Assembly (NCBI GenBank): GCA_008632985.1
Contig: QPGO01000223.1
Span: 62,001 to 108,456, forward strand
Direction of reading: 5' to 3'
DNA from: Psammoneis japonica
Lineage: Eukaryota
Length of the DNA stretch: 46,456 nucleotides
The translations under genes and the position numbers were made by a program. The notes beneath the pieces are model-generated. The model was not told where the DNA came from. It worked only from the letters and a program-made list of their open reading frames with translations, and did no database searches. Shown here piece by piece: positions 10,688 through 22,800 of this stretch (positions are counted from its first letter, which is position 1; the number at the start of each line of letters is the position of its first letter).

Positions 10688-12206
10688 TTTCATGAGGGGC
10701 AGTGCAAACGTAGTTTCTTTTCTCCGTCGGAAACTCAGGGAGCGAAAAGCTCCTGTGCGGATGGCGGATCATATTCCTTTAGAGCTTAGCTTTTTCTTTT
10801 TATTTTAGGCAATGAGTTATTTTACCGAGCGATTTTACATTGGTGGATGCACTGGGCAAGTTAAAGCACCGCAATGGTGAGGTTAAGGTAGCTTGAATTT
10901 TGCGGTTTAACTTTTGAAGATTTGAGCAGAGGAACGTTGGCTTACAATATTCTTTTGCTATTTGGGCGCATGCTACTGCGAAGCAATGCATACTAAGTGA
11001 ATCTTCGATCAGTCCACAGCGTCCTCTATCTTCGTAACTTTTACCTTGAAACATTTTAGAAAAAAGGTCGGTTGGCCAAGCATGCGGCTTCTCTCCATAG
11101 TCTTTCGACATTAGACTACTTTTCTTTCTGTTTTGAAGACAGTTGCGGAGAAGGGAGAGCAGTATTAGCTGCAATTTTTCATGATGAACAGTGCAGACAA
11201 AAGGAAAGTCTAAAAGACAAGTAGGGCTAGTAGGCACCCTCCAGAGCTACTCTACTCTCTAGCTAGCTATCGTAGCATAGCGTTTCAAGTTGTTGAGCAC
11301 CATCCAATAGACCCGGAAATTCTTGCAGACATTTTGGGTTCGCGCTTCTTGTAGTCCGCGCGATTTTGCCATCGAGGGTCGGAGCGTCGAGGTCGGAGGG
11401 AGATTTTCAATTTCCAAACTTTTGATTGTATTGCGTGGTCGGTGTGGAGGAGTTTCAAGTAGCATGTGACAGGGCGCCAAACAACAAGGCTGTTCTTCTT
11501 TCCTCGTGTTCAATGAAGCCAACACTCCACCGTTGTTTCCGAGATGACGAAGAACAAGCTTGGGCAATTACAGAGCGTCAACTCGCAAGAGTTGCAAAGC
11601 CTCCAACACTGCGCGGCGACTTCAGCATCGCAGTCATCACCATGCTGCGTCCTTTCATACATCATCACGTCGATGAACAAGTCGACACATGTTGAAACTA
11701 GAGAATTCTGCAGATGTGGTCATTTGAGGCCAGCTGGGGACAGGTGTTTGAGTGGCTCATGCGCTCGGGGTCAGAAAACCAATTGCGCAGTGCAATGTGG
11801 ATAAATTTGATTCCAGTCGGATGATCCACATAGTCTGTCTTGAGTTGGAGGCTGTCGGTCATTGTCGATGACGTTGAGCAAGCTGATCGCCAACTTTGGA
11901 GATCCAAAACGGCACTCGGCGTGGAATGGTTTCGCACTGCACCTGTCACAATCGTACGTTTGTTTCCGTTTGATGTTCTGTCTTGAAAAGAACACTCTCA
12001 CAGCTTTTTTTCTCATTCGCCACAAAAGTTTCCTTTGTGTGCAACAATCTAATGGTTGTCCACAGGTGCCCCGCATCTAAGCGATTGCATGTTTCTCGGT
12101 GCTTCTCGGCAACGCACGTGCAAACGAATGCATGTGGACACATGTCTTGTGCACTTCTGCTGGCCAAGTCTCCGCTGCACCCTGCAGCTAGAACATGATG
12201 TGAAAT

Positions 12207-13433
12207 TTAGACAATGGGACATCCGGGATGCACAGGTGCAGCACTCTCAACAGACTCGGCAGCGGCGCTCGTCTCCTTTCCAACCACCCGAGCTGCGCGG
12301 CAAGCAAATCTTAGAATGAAGGCAAAGAACAGCACGAAGCTTGCGCAAACGGCAACAAGGAGAAAAATCTTCCAGCCGTCCACCTTGTCATTGGGATCTG
12401 GGAGAACAGCGAACTCGTGGCAGTCTTCAATTTCCTCTTTTCCACCAAGCACGTCCTCACCAATGGAACGGACACAAACTTCATGGACGCCTTCAGCAAG
12501 ACCGGCCAGAGAGACGTTAAAGCCGACCGTGATCGCTCCTTCTTGTGGTAGATCGTGGGTGAGATTGGCATTGGCGATCTTGTTGAACGCGCCACCATCA
12601 ACCTGGAGCTTCAGGCTTTTAAGAGCAGTTCCAATGAGATCGTCGATGATGTCAGGGAGAGCATCAGGGTCAGGAACAGAAGTGCATTTTCCTCCGTTTT
12701 GCAAAATGTCAATCATGTTGTTTGGCACCGGCTCACCACACTCATGAGACATGTCGCAGTCCACACTGTCGCCAATGGCAACCGTGTGAACTGTGGCTTT
12801 TGTTTTGCCGAGTTCCTTGGCTGCCTCTCGAATGGTTTCTTCATCTTCGTTGCAAAGCCCGTCCCCCGCAAAGACTGCAATGGTTGTGCCGGCAGTGTTG
12901 GAGGGATCGTGGACCAGTTCTGCCGCCGCTGTCAAGGCGTCAACACAGTTGGCACCGCCAATGGAGCAGCCATCTTCAATCCCCATCTTGATGTCTCGGC
13001 TCGTCGGAGGCTGCAGCGAAGTGCTGACGGTGGCAAAATCATCAAAGTTGATTACACTGGCCAGTTCTGCAGACCCATCTGAAGTTGCTTTATAGTGGAG
13101 TGCTTTGAAGAAAGCTTGAACGCATTCCAGGACAGTTCCGCAGTCACCATCCTCTTCTGTGGTGCTCTCAGACATGTCCATCATGTAAATGTACGAGACA
13201 TCTGCCTCGCCCTTTCCAACGCTCGTGTTGCCGAGGATGTTCACGTCCATGGCGTTTGGCAAGGTGGAGTTGACAGCAGGTGCCGCAATGCTCACGTTGA
13301 GCACAGCCCCATTCTCAAGATCCTTCATTTGTGGATGAAGCTCTCTCGTTTTGGGCTGAAAGGTGCAAAGACCTGCGGTGTCTCTGGCGGAGAGCAGAAG
13401 TGCTGCTAGAATGGTGGCAATGGATGGCTTCAT
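12207..13433 (-). CDS. Signal-peptide + von Willebrand factor A (VWA) domain + single C-terminal TM protein; ORF open but possibly hypermutated
   Basis: Signal MKPSIATILAALLLSA. MIDAS-like DMSES, GGANC..AL, IAVFAGDG and VHTVAIG. TM WKIFLLVAVCASFVLFFAFIL. ATG taken at 13433. Confidence 0.75.
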   Translation of the reverse strand: MKPSIATILAALLLSARDTAGLCTFQPKTRELHPQMKDLENGAVLNVSIAAPAVNSTLPNAMDVNILGNTSVGKGEADVSYIYMMDMSESTTEEDGDCGTVLECVQAFFKALHYKATSDGSAELASVINFDDFATVSTSLQPPTSRDIKMGIEDGCSIGGANCVDALTAAAELVHDPSNTAGTTIAVFAGDGLCNEDEETIREAAKELGKTKATVHTVAIGDSVDCDMSHECGEPVPNNMIDILQNGGKCTSVPDPDALPDIIDDLIGTALKSLKLQVDGGAFNKIANANLTHDLPQEGAITVGFNVSLAGLAEGVHEVCVRSIGEDVLGGKEEIEDCHEFAVLPDPNDKVDGWKIFLLVAVCASFVLFFAFILRFACRAARVVGKETSAAAESVESAAPVHPGCPIV

Positions 13434-13721
13434 GGTCACTCATTTGCCAGATTCGTTTTCTCTGCCATCACAAGAGGGAAAAGGCGGAGTTGAGCGCAAT
13501 GAGAATGTGCAGCGCATTTCAACAACTTGCAGACATTGATCCTTTCTGAAAGCACCAGGAACACAGGGTGGGCATCCTCTCTGTCTTTCTAGTTGGATGT
13601 GAAGTCGCACAATCTGCGAGATGTGTGACACTGCAAACGTGCCTTGTTTGTGATGGCACCCAGAGCAATTGTTGTTCTGCATCTGCGATCTTCTCAGTCA
13701 CGCTCAAAACAGAAAAGATGC
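13368..13721 (+). repeat. Direct repeat copy 1 (VWA gene 5' end plus upstream region), paired with 14761-15122
   Basis: Shared blocks include catcacaagagggaaaaggc, aatgagaatgtgcagc, acttgcagacattga and tctgcatctgcgatctt...gctcaaaacagaaaaga. Confidence 0.9.
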
Positions 13722-14760
13722 TGTCTGGCGCGGCGCCCACCTGCGGTGCGGGCAGTCTGCTCCCACCTGCTTTGGGGGGCCTGCAGCAATTGGTGTGTGT
13801 GGCTCCAGTGTCGGTCATGCATTGGAGTGTGATGCATGACACACTCTCTCCACTTGTAGAGAGCAGAGTGGCAGCAGTGTGTCATGCATCACCATGAAAC
13901 AATTGTGTGACAGCATGATGTTGATCCGCAATCTCATTTGTTCAGTCATGGTTGAGGTTGGCGCGCGCGCGCGGATGTGCAGCGTTGAGTCCATGCGTCG
14001 ACGCACCACGTGCACTTGGGACTGTCAATGCACCAGCAAACACCAGCAGGGTCGCACGGCACCGGTGCCGTACGACGCAGGCCGTGTGTTCCAGTGATGA
14101 GGGCAATTTTGCATCAGCAGCTTTTTTGATGTCCGTAATTTTGGTTGCAAGCAACTCATTTGAGAAGAAAGCAGTGGCGGCTGCTCAGAGGCTGGATGAT
14201 GTTCTTGCTGCTGTGCATCTCGGAACCCAGCTTTCATCCCGAGTCGGTGTGTTGTGGATGCGTTCCAGCTCCACTCTAGGTGGGACCTCGCACTGCTGCA
14301 CTGTGCGACATCAATGGTTTTTTGGATCGCGTCGCATGTCGCGCATGCACATTTCTGCGTGTCACATTCTACGAAATTGTTTCATGCTCCCTGTTTTGCG
14401 AAGCCAAAGGCTTTCTATTTTCAACGTTTGTGAGAATAAAAATGCGCTGGGCACATTCTTTAATGTCTGAAGAATGCACCCGGGCAAACTGTCAATGATG
14501 CACTGCAAGTGTGAAGGAGGAGATGCATTCGCAAAATTGCCTCTTTTTCTGTTGGCGATCATTTGTCTTTCCATTGCAGCATGAATTTACTACGGAGCTC
14601 GCACGTAGAATTCTGCCGCCAAAGGTGAATTTGCTGTGTTGCTCATCTTTCATCTCTCACTTCAATGAAGGGCTGGATCAAAAAGCAAAATCAGCAGCAG
14701 CACTTGTTTTTGTTGATCTTGCAAAGCTCAGCTTCCTCATTGCTCTTTCTTTGCTGCACC

Positions 14761-15122
14761 AAGACCTGTGGTGTCTCTGGCGCAGATCAGAGGTGCTTCT
14801 AGAATGGTGTGGCAATGGATGGCTTCACATGGTTGTTTGTTTGCCTGATTTGTTTTCTTTGTCATCACAAGAGGGAAAAGGCAGAGGAGAGCACAATGAG
14901 AATGTGCAGCACATTTCAATGACTTGCAGACATTGACCCTTTCTGCAAACACCACCCAGGGGCACAGGGCAGGTGCCCTCTGTCTTTCTCATTCGATGTG
15001 AAGTCTCACAATCTGCAAGACATGCGACACCACAAACATGCCTTGTTTGTTGTGGTGTTTGGAACAATTGTTGCTCTGCATCTGCGATCTTTTCAATCAT
15101 GCTCAAAACAGAAAAGAGATGC
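14761..15122 (-). pseudogene. Decayed duplicate of the VWA gene 5' end and promoter (repeat copy 2)
   Basis: Aligns to 13368-13721 with many CpG transitions, CA/TG swaps and small indels. Confidence 0.85.
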
Positions 15123-15171
15123 CGCTCGGTGAGGCGCTCCTGGCTTGGGGGGTCCACTCTCAGCAAAAACA

Positions 15172-15778
15172 TTGAAAATGCTCAAAAGAGTGGCTCAAGA
15201 TCATTTTGACCGCATGTTTTAAACAACAAACCATCTTGCCAATCAAGAGGCACACACAACACAACAACTCTCAAGTGCAAAGAGCTGCTCAGCAGCATGC
15301 TTGGGAGTGCAAAACATGTTTCTCACAAGCCAAGAGGGCACAGCAGTTCTGTGAAGGGGGTGCCAATGACTGAGGATCTGTTTTTTTTTACAATTTTTAG
15401 CTCCAGCAACTCAAGCTCACAAAATGTGTGGTGGCACAGTTGTGCCCTCATTGCACTTGTTCTCAACAAGAACAAAGATTTGCAGTTTGAAGCTCTGCTG
15501 GCAACTCACAAGCCTGATGGCGGATCGCACAAACCCAAACCACTCTCAGCGAAGATGGTGAAAATGCTCAAAAGAGCAGGGCTCAAGATCATTTTGATTC
15601 CCGCCAGACATTTGACAACAAGCCAGCTTGCCAATCAAGAGGTGCACACAAAGCACCTGTTGAGAGTGTGAAGAGCTGCCTTGTTGGCATGCTTGGGAGT
15701 GCAAAACATGTGCCTCAATCCATGAGGAGGGAACAGCAGATCCATGAAGGTGGGCGCCAATGACTGAGGATCTGTTTT
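15172..15778 (+). repeat. Two diverged direct repeats of ~215 bp (15172-15385 and 15559-15778)
   Basis: Shared tgaaaatgctcaaaagag, gctcaagatcattttga, cttgccaatcaagagg, gcatgcttgggagtgcaaaacatg and gccaatgactgaggatctgtttt. Confidence 0.85.
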
Positions 15779-16822
15779 GCTCCCTGCATTCCTCAACAAC
15801 AGACACTCACATGCTTTTCCTCTTCCACATGGCAAGCATGTTCCAAAGTTGTGTTGCAACAAAAGAGCTGTGTTTCCCCCCTCAACTCAAGTGGAGAGGG
15901 TTCGACTAAAATGGAAAAACTGCCAGCAGACGGGTTCCAGTCCTAGGTGGGACTTTTTGTGACATTTGCCCCGTAGAATTCTACGTGCGAGCTCTGTAGT
16001 TCGTACTCTGGTTAATGCATATATTTATCTTCGAAAACGGCCAAGTTTGTAGTACATCTATTCCTGTTCGTACTCGAAGTTTTGGATAATACGCCTGCCC
16101 TACGCCATTCTTAAGACACTCGAGAATGGCGTAGAAGAAAAAAATATTAAAAGTTGTTCAATGGATAGCCTGATAAATGTACTATAAAATCATACAAAAT
16201 TTCGCCAAAATCACGTAGAAATGTACGTGCGCGACATACGACGCGATTCAAAAAACTATCGATGTCACAGTTCAGTAGTACGAGGTCCCACCTACTAGAC
16301 CTGGAACGCGTCAGCAGGGATCGATCATGAAATGAAAGCTGATAACTTCAAGGGGAAGCATGGCACAAGTCACATCGCAACGCAACGTTTTGGTTTACAT
16401 GGATTGGATCAGAATCGGAATGAACTTAATCATGGACATATATTTTTCTAATCTTATATCATTATTCAGGTTTGTATGTATGATTTTTGACTGATCTTTC
16501 GAAAGAGGCAAAAAAATGTGGTGTGCAACTTGAAACTGCCGTCGCTGCCAACATGCGCTTGATACCATGTGAACACAATGAGTTTGGAACGGTATGATAG
16601 ACAGCACCTCCCGCCACATGGCGTCTGGATCTAGTTTTTGTGTTGAGTCTCTCATTTGCCGTTGTTTTCAGAAAAGATGTTTCAATCGTGTCAAAATATG
16701 GAGTCCCGACAAATCCTGGTCGCGGGACTTACGGGTTATGCACCTCCATTCACATTATTTCACACATCCAAAAAAGTTGCGTTAGTTGTACTCTGTGTGA
16801 AAATCTCAAACCAGAACACACC

Positions 16823-19800
16823 ATGCAGCGTGGAGGTGACATGTGGTTGCTAGTTCGCAGGGCGGTGGCTTGTGCGCTTTGTCTGTGCCGATTGGCTAGG
16901 GCGATTGCGCTCCCATCATCGGAGCTTGTTTTTCATCGGAAGGCGGCTCTGGGTGACTTTGAAGAGTTGAATCAGCTACTACGCAATGCAGTCATTCGAC
17001 TCCCCGATCTGCAAGTGTCCAAGAATCTCATCACAATCGACATTACGAACCTTAGGTGTCAAGGTTTTCAAGTCGGAGATGTTCTGCTGAATGCCAATCG
17101 CGACGCAAGTCGAGTGTTGACTCTTGATGTTGAGGTGCAAGACCTCGATTTGAGTTGTTACTTTGATTATGAGTACAGAACCTTTGCCTTTCGTGGATCA
17201 GGGAGTGCCAATGTGTTTAGCTCGGAAAACGACGCAAATCTCATTGCACGGTTTTCTTCCAATGGGTCGTCTTCTAGTCTCAATTCGGTTCCAACCGAAG
17301 CGAATACAGAGTCCTGTGACCCTCGAGTCAACATCGATGACTTGAATTTTGAGGGAGGTATTTTGGGTATCGTTCTTGATCGAATCGAAAGTATGCTTCG
17401 TGGCACTCTGGAACGCCAAGCGGAGGAGTTGATTTGTGATAAACTGACTGAAATGATAACTACGGGCTATGTCAAGGATTTTTTGAACCTGGCAAAGGAG
17501 ACTCTTTCCCAGTATACTCCTGACTTAGCCTTGATGGACCCGTTGAATGCAGAGCGTGAATTGAAGCCTCCAAAGAATGATTCGCAGCTACTCAATTTCA
17601 GGCGCCAAGAGACAGACGTGGGATTATGGCTCGACAAGGCGTTGAACGAAGCATTTCTCTATCTTGGAAAGCGAGTAGAGATCGGTAATGGCGACGAGAC
17701 CGACATGAACGTCAACGTTGTCCTTCGCGACAGTTTCCTTCAAAATGGAGCATTTAATTTGGATGTATCTGATCTTTCACTGACCGATGGAGTGCTATGG
17801 AGCGGGCACGATAGACTCAGCGAGACCACGATTACGCTGCAGAAAGTACGGCTTGTTGGTCTTGATACGTTCACCAAATTTGATCCGTTGTTGCGAATCG
17901 GCAACTACACGTTTCAAAATCGCCTTTCATGGGATGAATTGTTCTTTGAACTTGATATTGTGCTGGACATAAAACCGTCGAGCCTCGATGATTCCATCAT
18001 TGAGATTCCTGGTTCAGCTAGCATTGTGGAGAATGTGAAAGTTAAGTTTGGGGTCCAGCATCTGCAAGCGACTGCGTCCTTTCTTCTCGCTATCGATCAA
18101 CAAGCTCTCCAAGACGTGAGGATTGGGTCCTTGTTGAAGAAGGATTGGGTGTTGCCTTGCTTTTTTTCGACGATTTTTCGTTTTGAAATGTCGGGATTTG
18201 CCATGGATGCTGGAAACATTGTTGCACCAACAATTCAAGGCTTTGTGTCGCCAGGCATGGATCGACTAGTTTCAGGTTTCGCCGATTCAGCATTTCTAAT
18301 GTACAAGGATGCATTGCTTGAATCTATGCCAAGTTTTTTCCAGACAACTCTTCGAGATTTGATTAACGAAAAGGCCGCGGAGCAAATCAAAACATACAAA
18401 GAGAACAGCGGTTGCCCAGTCGCAAGAGGCACCCTTTCTGATAGAGAGTTTGTCGATTTTCGAGACCTTTTGCTTTCAAGTGAGCCGTACGGAGACTCCA
18501 TTTCTACCGTTCTTTTACCGTTGCTTCAGGATAATGTGATTGCAAACGACGAGGACGGATTTCCAGCGTTGAATTCGCGCCTGATTCGGCCTATTACAAA
18601 GCTAAATTCCGGCGAAGAAGGCACTTTGCGTTTTCCGTCGGACTTGTTTCATTATGTATATGAAGACTTTGACGGGCGTTGGTGGCCCATGTTGGAGAGG
18701 TTCGAGCTCCGAGTGTTCAATGTCACGATTCGAAACGTCGATACTTTCGTGGAGCCACTTTCGGTTCTGGATCCGACTGGAGCAAATACTGTTGCGAACG
18801 AGGTCAACCTTGGGTACGCTTCCTCACCTCCTCTCAATGTTACAATCTCTCTTCGTTTGTCATTGACTGGGAGCAACGATTCGCCACTAAACTTTGAGAA
18901 TGAATTGGATATCAGTTTGGCATTGCCCTCTACGTCTTGCTTGCTTGACGTTTTTGCAAAAGTGCAGGAACGCGCCTTTCTTGACATGCAACTCAAGAAC
19001 GTCGCCAGTCCGAGTTGCTGGCTTGCGACTATTCCATATTCTGGGTCGGAAACACGGCTTACCATGTCGAAATTTGCGTTGAGTCTCGCTTCTATTTCAT
19101 TCGGCGCAAAATGCACTTTATGCCCGGGTGCTGGTGAAGCTGCCCTATCAGAGATTCTTGAGGTCCTTGATGAGGCTGGAATGGCGACCACACTTCTTGG
19201 ACACGTTGAAGAGACTACTGGCGACATGGTGTGGGCTTTTTATGACAGTCTAAAGATTGACGAGAATCTGAGTGCTGCGCCCAGGCTGTGTCCTAGTAAT
19301 GCTGAATACGACCCTACCGCGGTTCCGATCTTGAGCGAATTTATTCCTCCAAGAGCTTCAATCGAAGCGCTGTTAGCTGCCTGTGCGCTCGCGGTCGAAT
19401 CATTTGCGATTGCAAGTGCAAAGAGCCATATCTTGAGGGCTCCAGAACCTTCGGACCCACTTTCCACACAAGCTTCATTCGTGATCCCTGATGGATACCG
19501 AATTCTTGATTGGTCAAATCTTGGTGAATACCTTGGCGATTGGGCCGACGCAGCTATGGACACCGCTAGGCGATACCTCGGAGACGTTGTCGAATCCCGA
19601 GATGGAGAAGGCACGACAGACCTTGGCGCAAACGTTTTGCTTCGGGGCTCGCTTCTCAATGAAGATGGCGTGCTTGAAATTCCTCTCGAAAGAATAATCT
19701 TTGAATTCGCTGGCTTGAATTTCGAAGCAACAAGCGTTCGAATCCATGGGCTGGATTCTATTTCGAAAGTCCACGCGCTTGAACCGATAGCGAATCAGAC

Positions 19801-22800
19801 GCTGCAGAGCCGGTTTGAGTTTCAGAGCCTACAGATGCTAGTTGACTTTGATATCACAAATGCTCAAGATGTTTCTCTCTTGCGTCGTGCTGTCGATACT
19901 ACGACTCTCTCAATCCGAATGAGTGACATTCTTTTGGATTTTTCATTTCTACTTGCTTTGGATATGAACAAACTTGAGCAGCTGGAGATAGGATCTGTTA
20001 TGAGCGTCAAGAAACTTGTGGATTGCTTTCTATCAGTAATTCACAAAATAGATGTGACTCAGTTGACGGCATTTGTTGGCGAAGTCGAAAGTCTGAAGGT
20101 TGACGGCTTTCTCTCCCCTGAGCTTGCATCATCATTGGAGCCGCTGTTGAAAGCTCTGAATGATTATTTTGGCACTGAATTGATCGATGCGATGCCTCTG
20201 ATAACTGATAGCACCCTCCGTGTCCTGATGAATGGCATAGTTCACAGCCTGGTTGACATGAACTCTGATTACATTCCGATTCGGGGCGAATCCTTTCCGG
20301 GATTCGTTGATTTCCGTGACTTACTGCTTCCTGAAGTTTTGTCTTCAGACTATGGTGGTAGCGGAAACTCTCCATACGGCGATGTTTTTCGATCTGTGTA
20401 CAGCCAGATGAGCGAGCGGCTGCTGAGTACCGATGGTGATGATGCGATCGGGATCAACGGCTTCTTGGGATCATGGACGAAAGGACTTTCCAACAAGACT
20501 GGGTCAGTATCCTATGAGGGGGATTTGGTAAATACAACGGCTTCTATCAAGGTTGGGGGCTTAGATGCCAACCTTGAAATCAAGTTATGGGATGCCCACA
20601 TTGAAAATTTGGATTCTTTTGGTGCTCCACTTGCATTGATGCAACCTGTTTTCGGTCAGCCCAACTCGCTCAATAACAGTTTGTCATTCGGTGTTGGCCC
20701 CACGCCTCTTCGGCTTGCGGCAAAAATCATGGTGGGCTTATCAGACAATGGTGAGTTCATTAGTAGTACATTGTAAACCTTCTTTGCTTCCTTATATTCA
20801 CGTTGTTTTTTCGTTTCCGCGAAGCTGACTTACGGATTCGAAATGAACTCGATATACGTCTTGATTTGGGCTTCGTTCGAGTTTTCCTGAGCATCATGTT
20901 GAGAATAGCCGAAGCGCCGTTCCTTTCTTTTCCGTTGCGAGACATTTCGAATGCCCACTGTTGGCTTGCAACCATGTTTGCCAAGCCATACCAAACCCAA
21001 ACTGAACCAGAAAGTTGGGATTATGCGAGTGTAGCAGTCAACGACCATTCCGTTTCTGTTGATCACCTCGACCTGAACGCTTCCTGCATCTCCTGCACGA
21101 GTCCTGACTTTGACAGATTGATTTTGCAGTTGTACTCGTTTGAAGGAAGTGACAACGCAACAAATCTCGTCAACAATGTACTAATGCAAGTAGGCCGCGT
21201 CGTCGACAGCGACTTCTTCAAAAAAAGATTATTGGACGATGCTTCGCGCCAATGCCCCCATCATCCTGCATATGACCCTGATGCAGCTTTTCAAGACCCC
21301 TTGTCGAACCCCGCCGAGTTTTTTGGATTTGAGGACAGTGGTCGCGATAAGAAGTCGCTCTATTTCACAGTGGCAAATGCAATTTTTGCTGCGGGACTTT
21401 GCTTCCTTGTCATTTTGTGGAGGTTTGTCATTCTTCGGCGATGGAATCAGAAGCGGCTCGGCTCGCTTTCAAGCGAAGACGCGATAGTCCTTGCTGAGCA
21501 GCAAAGATTAGAGAGCGACCTTGAAGTGAAGCTGATCGATTCCACTTCCTCAATGTTCCAAAGTCCCAATTTCCCGCGTCATGTGCGATTTCTGGTCCCT
21601 TTTGTCTTAGTTATGGACATTGGCCTGTACCTTGGAGGTCACTTGGGCGTCATTTCCAACGTTAACATTGCCGCTCGCGTTGCTGGCGAGTCCATTTTCG
21701 TGAACCGGTTCCTCGACTTTTCTTTCATTGGATCAACAGCAAGGACGTACGAAAACGGCGGAAATGAGCTTGCAGTTCTTGTTTTCATCTTTTCCGGCTT
21801 GTGGCCCTACCTCAAGTTGGTATCTAGCCTCGTATTGTTCTTTCTACCACCAGCGAAACTTGGTGTGTCAAAACGAGGGACGATGTTGCTTTGGCTTGAC
21901 GTTTTCTCAAAGTTATCAGTCGTTGACATATTCGCCGTCCTGCTGGCCATTGCAGCGCTTCTCATTTACGTTGGTGGCCCAGACGAAAGATCTTCGAACG
22001 AAGGCGAGCCTTTCTATGTCAAGTTAGTGGTCGTACCACGGGGTGGGTTCTACTGCCTTTTAATCGCACAACGTATTTCTCGGATAAGCTCCCGTTTTCT
22101 TTTGGACTATCACAGGAAAATCGTTGATTTGGGTACCCGTGAATACAATAATACCCGTTCTAGGCATGTCGTTGACCTGGGACTTGCCTCAGCCACTACG
22201 ATGGACGCCTGCGAGACACTTCCGGAAATGTCACAGCTTGACAATGACTATGATGCTGCAGAGTCCCAGACAACTGTAAATCGTCGGGGTCTTCAACTTG
22301 AGATCCACGAGAACACCTTTGCTGACGAATACAACACGGTAGACGCATGGAACAGTTGCCGAGCGATCAAACCAAACGACAAATCAAGGGGATTGTTTCG
22401 GTTGAGCGGGCGGTGCCGTCGATGCATTTCAGTTGGTGGCACAACCGGTTTAGTTTTGACCGGTTTGACAATCTTGAGCCTCGGCATTATCGGTGCGATT
22501 CTGGCACCAAGCATTTCTGTGGAGACAAAACCGCTTTGGGACGTCGTTGAGTCTGGAAACACGTATGAGGAAGCCGTGACGGATTATACTGTGTTTAGAA
22601 TTGTTTGCCTGGTACTGCTACAGGCAAGATTCATCTTGACCAGTGCAACTGACTACATTGGTCTTGGCTTTTTGCTTGTAGTGGCAATCACGTCTGCTGT
22701 TCTGTTTCCGTTGATGCAGTTCTTTTCCTCCGTTCGGCGATGGTGGAAGACGAGAAAGAACCAGGTACAAACAACCATGTCGAACCGCGAGACGAAGCTT

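Larger units (their letters stand above)
11470..15970. other. TpA-depleted (and partly CpG-depleted) domain 2, containing the VWA gene, duplications and a TIR element
   Basis: TpA is scarce throughout. CpG is kept in ~11.5-14.4 kb but largely lost in ~14.6-15.9 kb. Composition returns abruptly to TA/CG-rich at ~15972. Confidence 0.75.
14589..16000. mobile_element. Non-autonomous TIR DNA transposon-like element (~1.41 kb) carrying a host-gene fragment
   Basis: Left end actacggagctcgcacgtagaattct (14589-14614) and right end agaattctacgtgcgagctctgtagt (15975-16000) are inverted repeats with 25/26 identity. No transposase ORF. No perfect TSD found. Confidence 0.7.

Noticed and set aside
11426..11950. 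Possible pseudogene remnant downstream of the VWA gene
   Set aside because: Protein-like stretches are broken by stops and I cannot assign a family.
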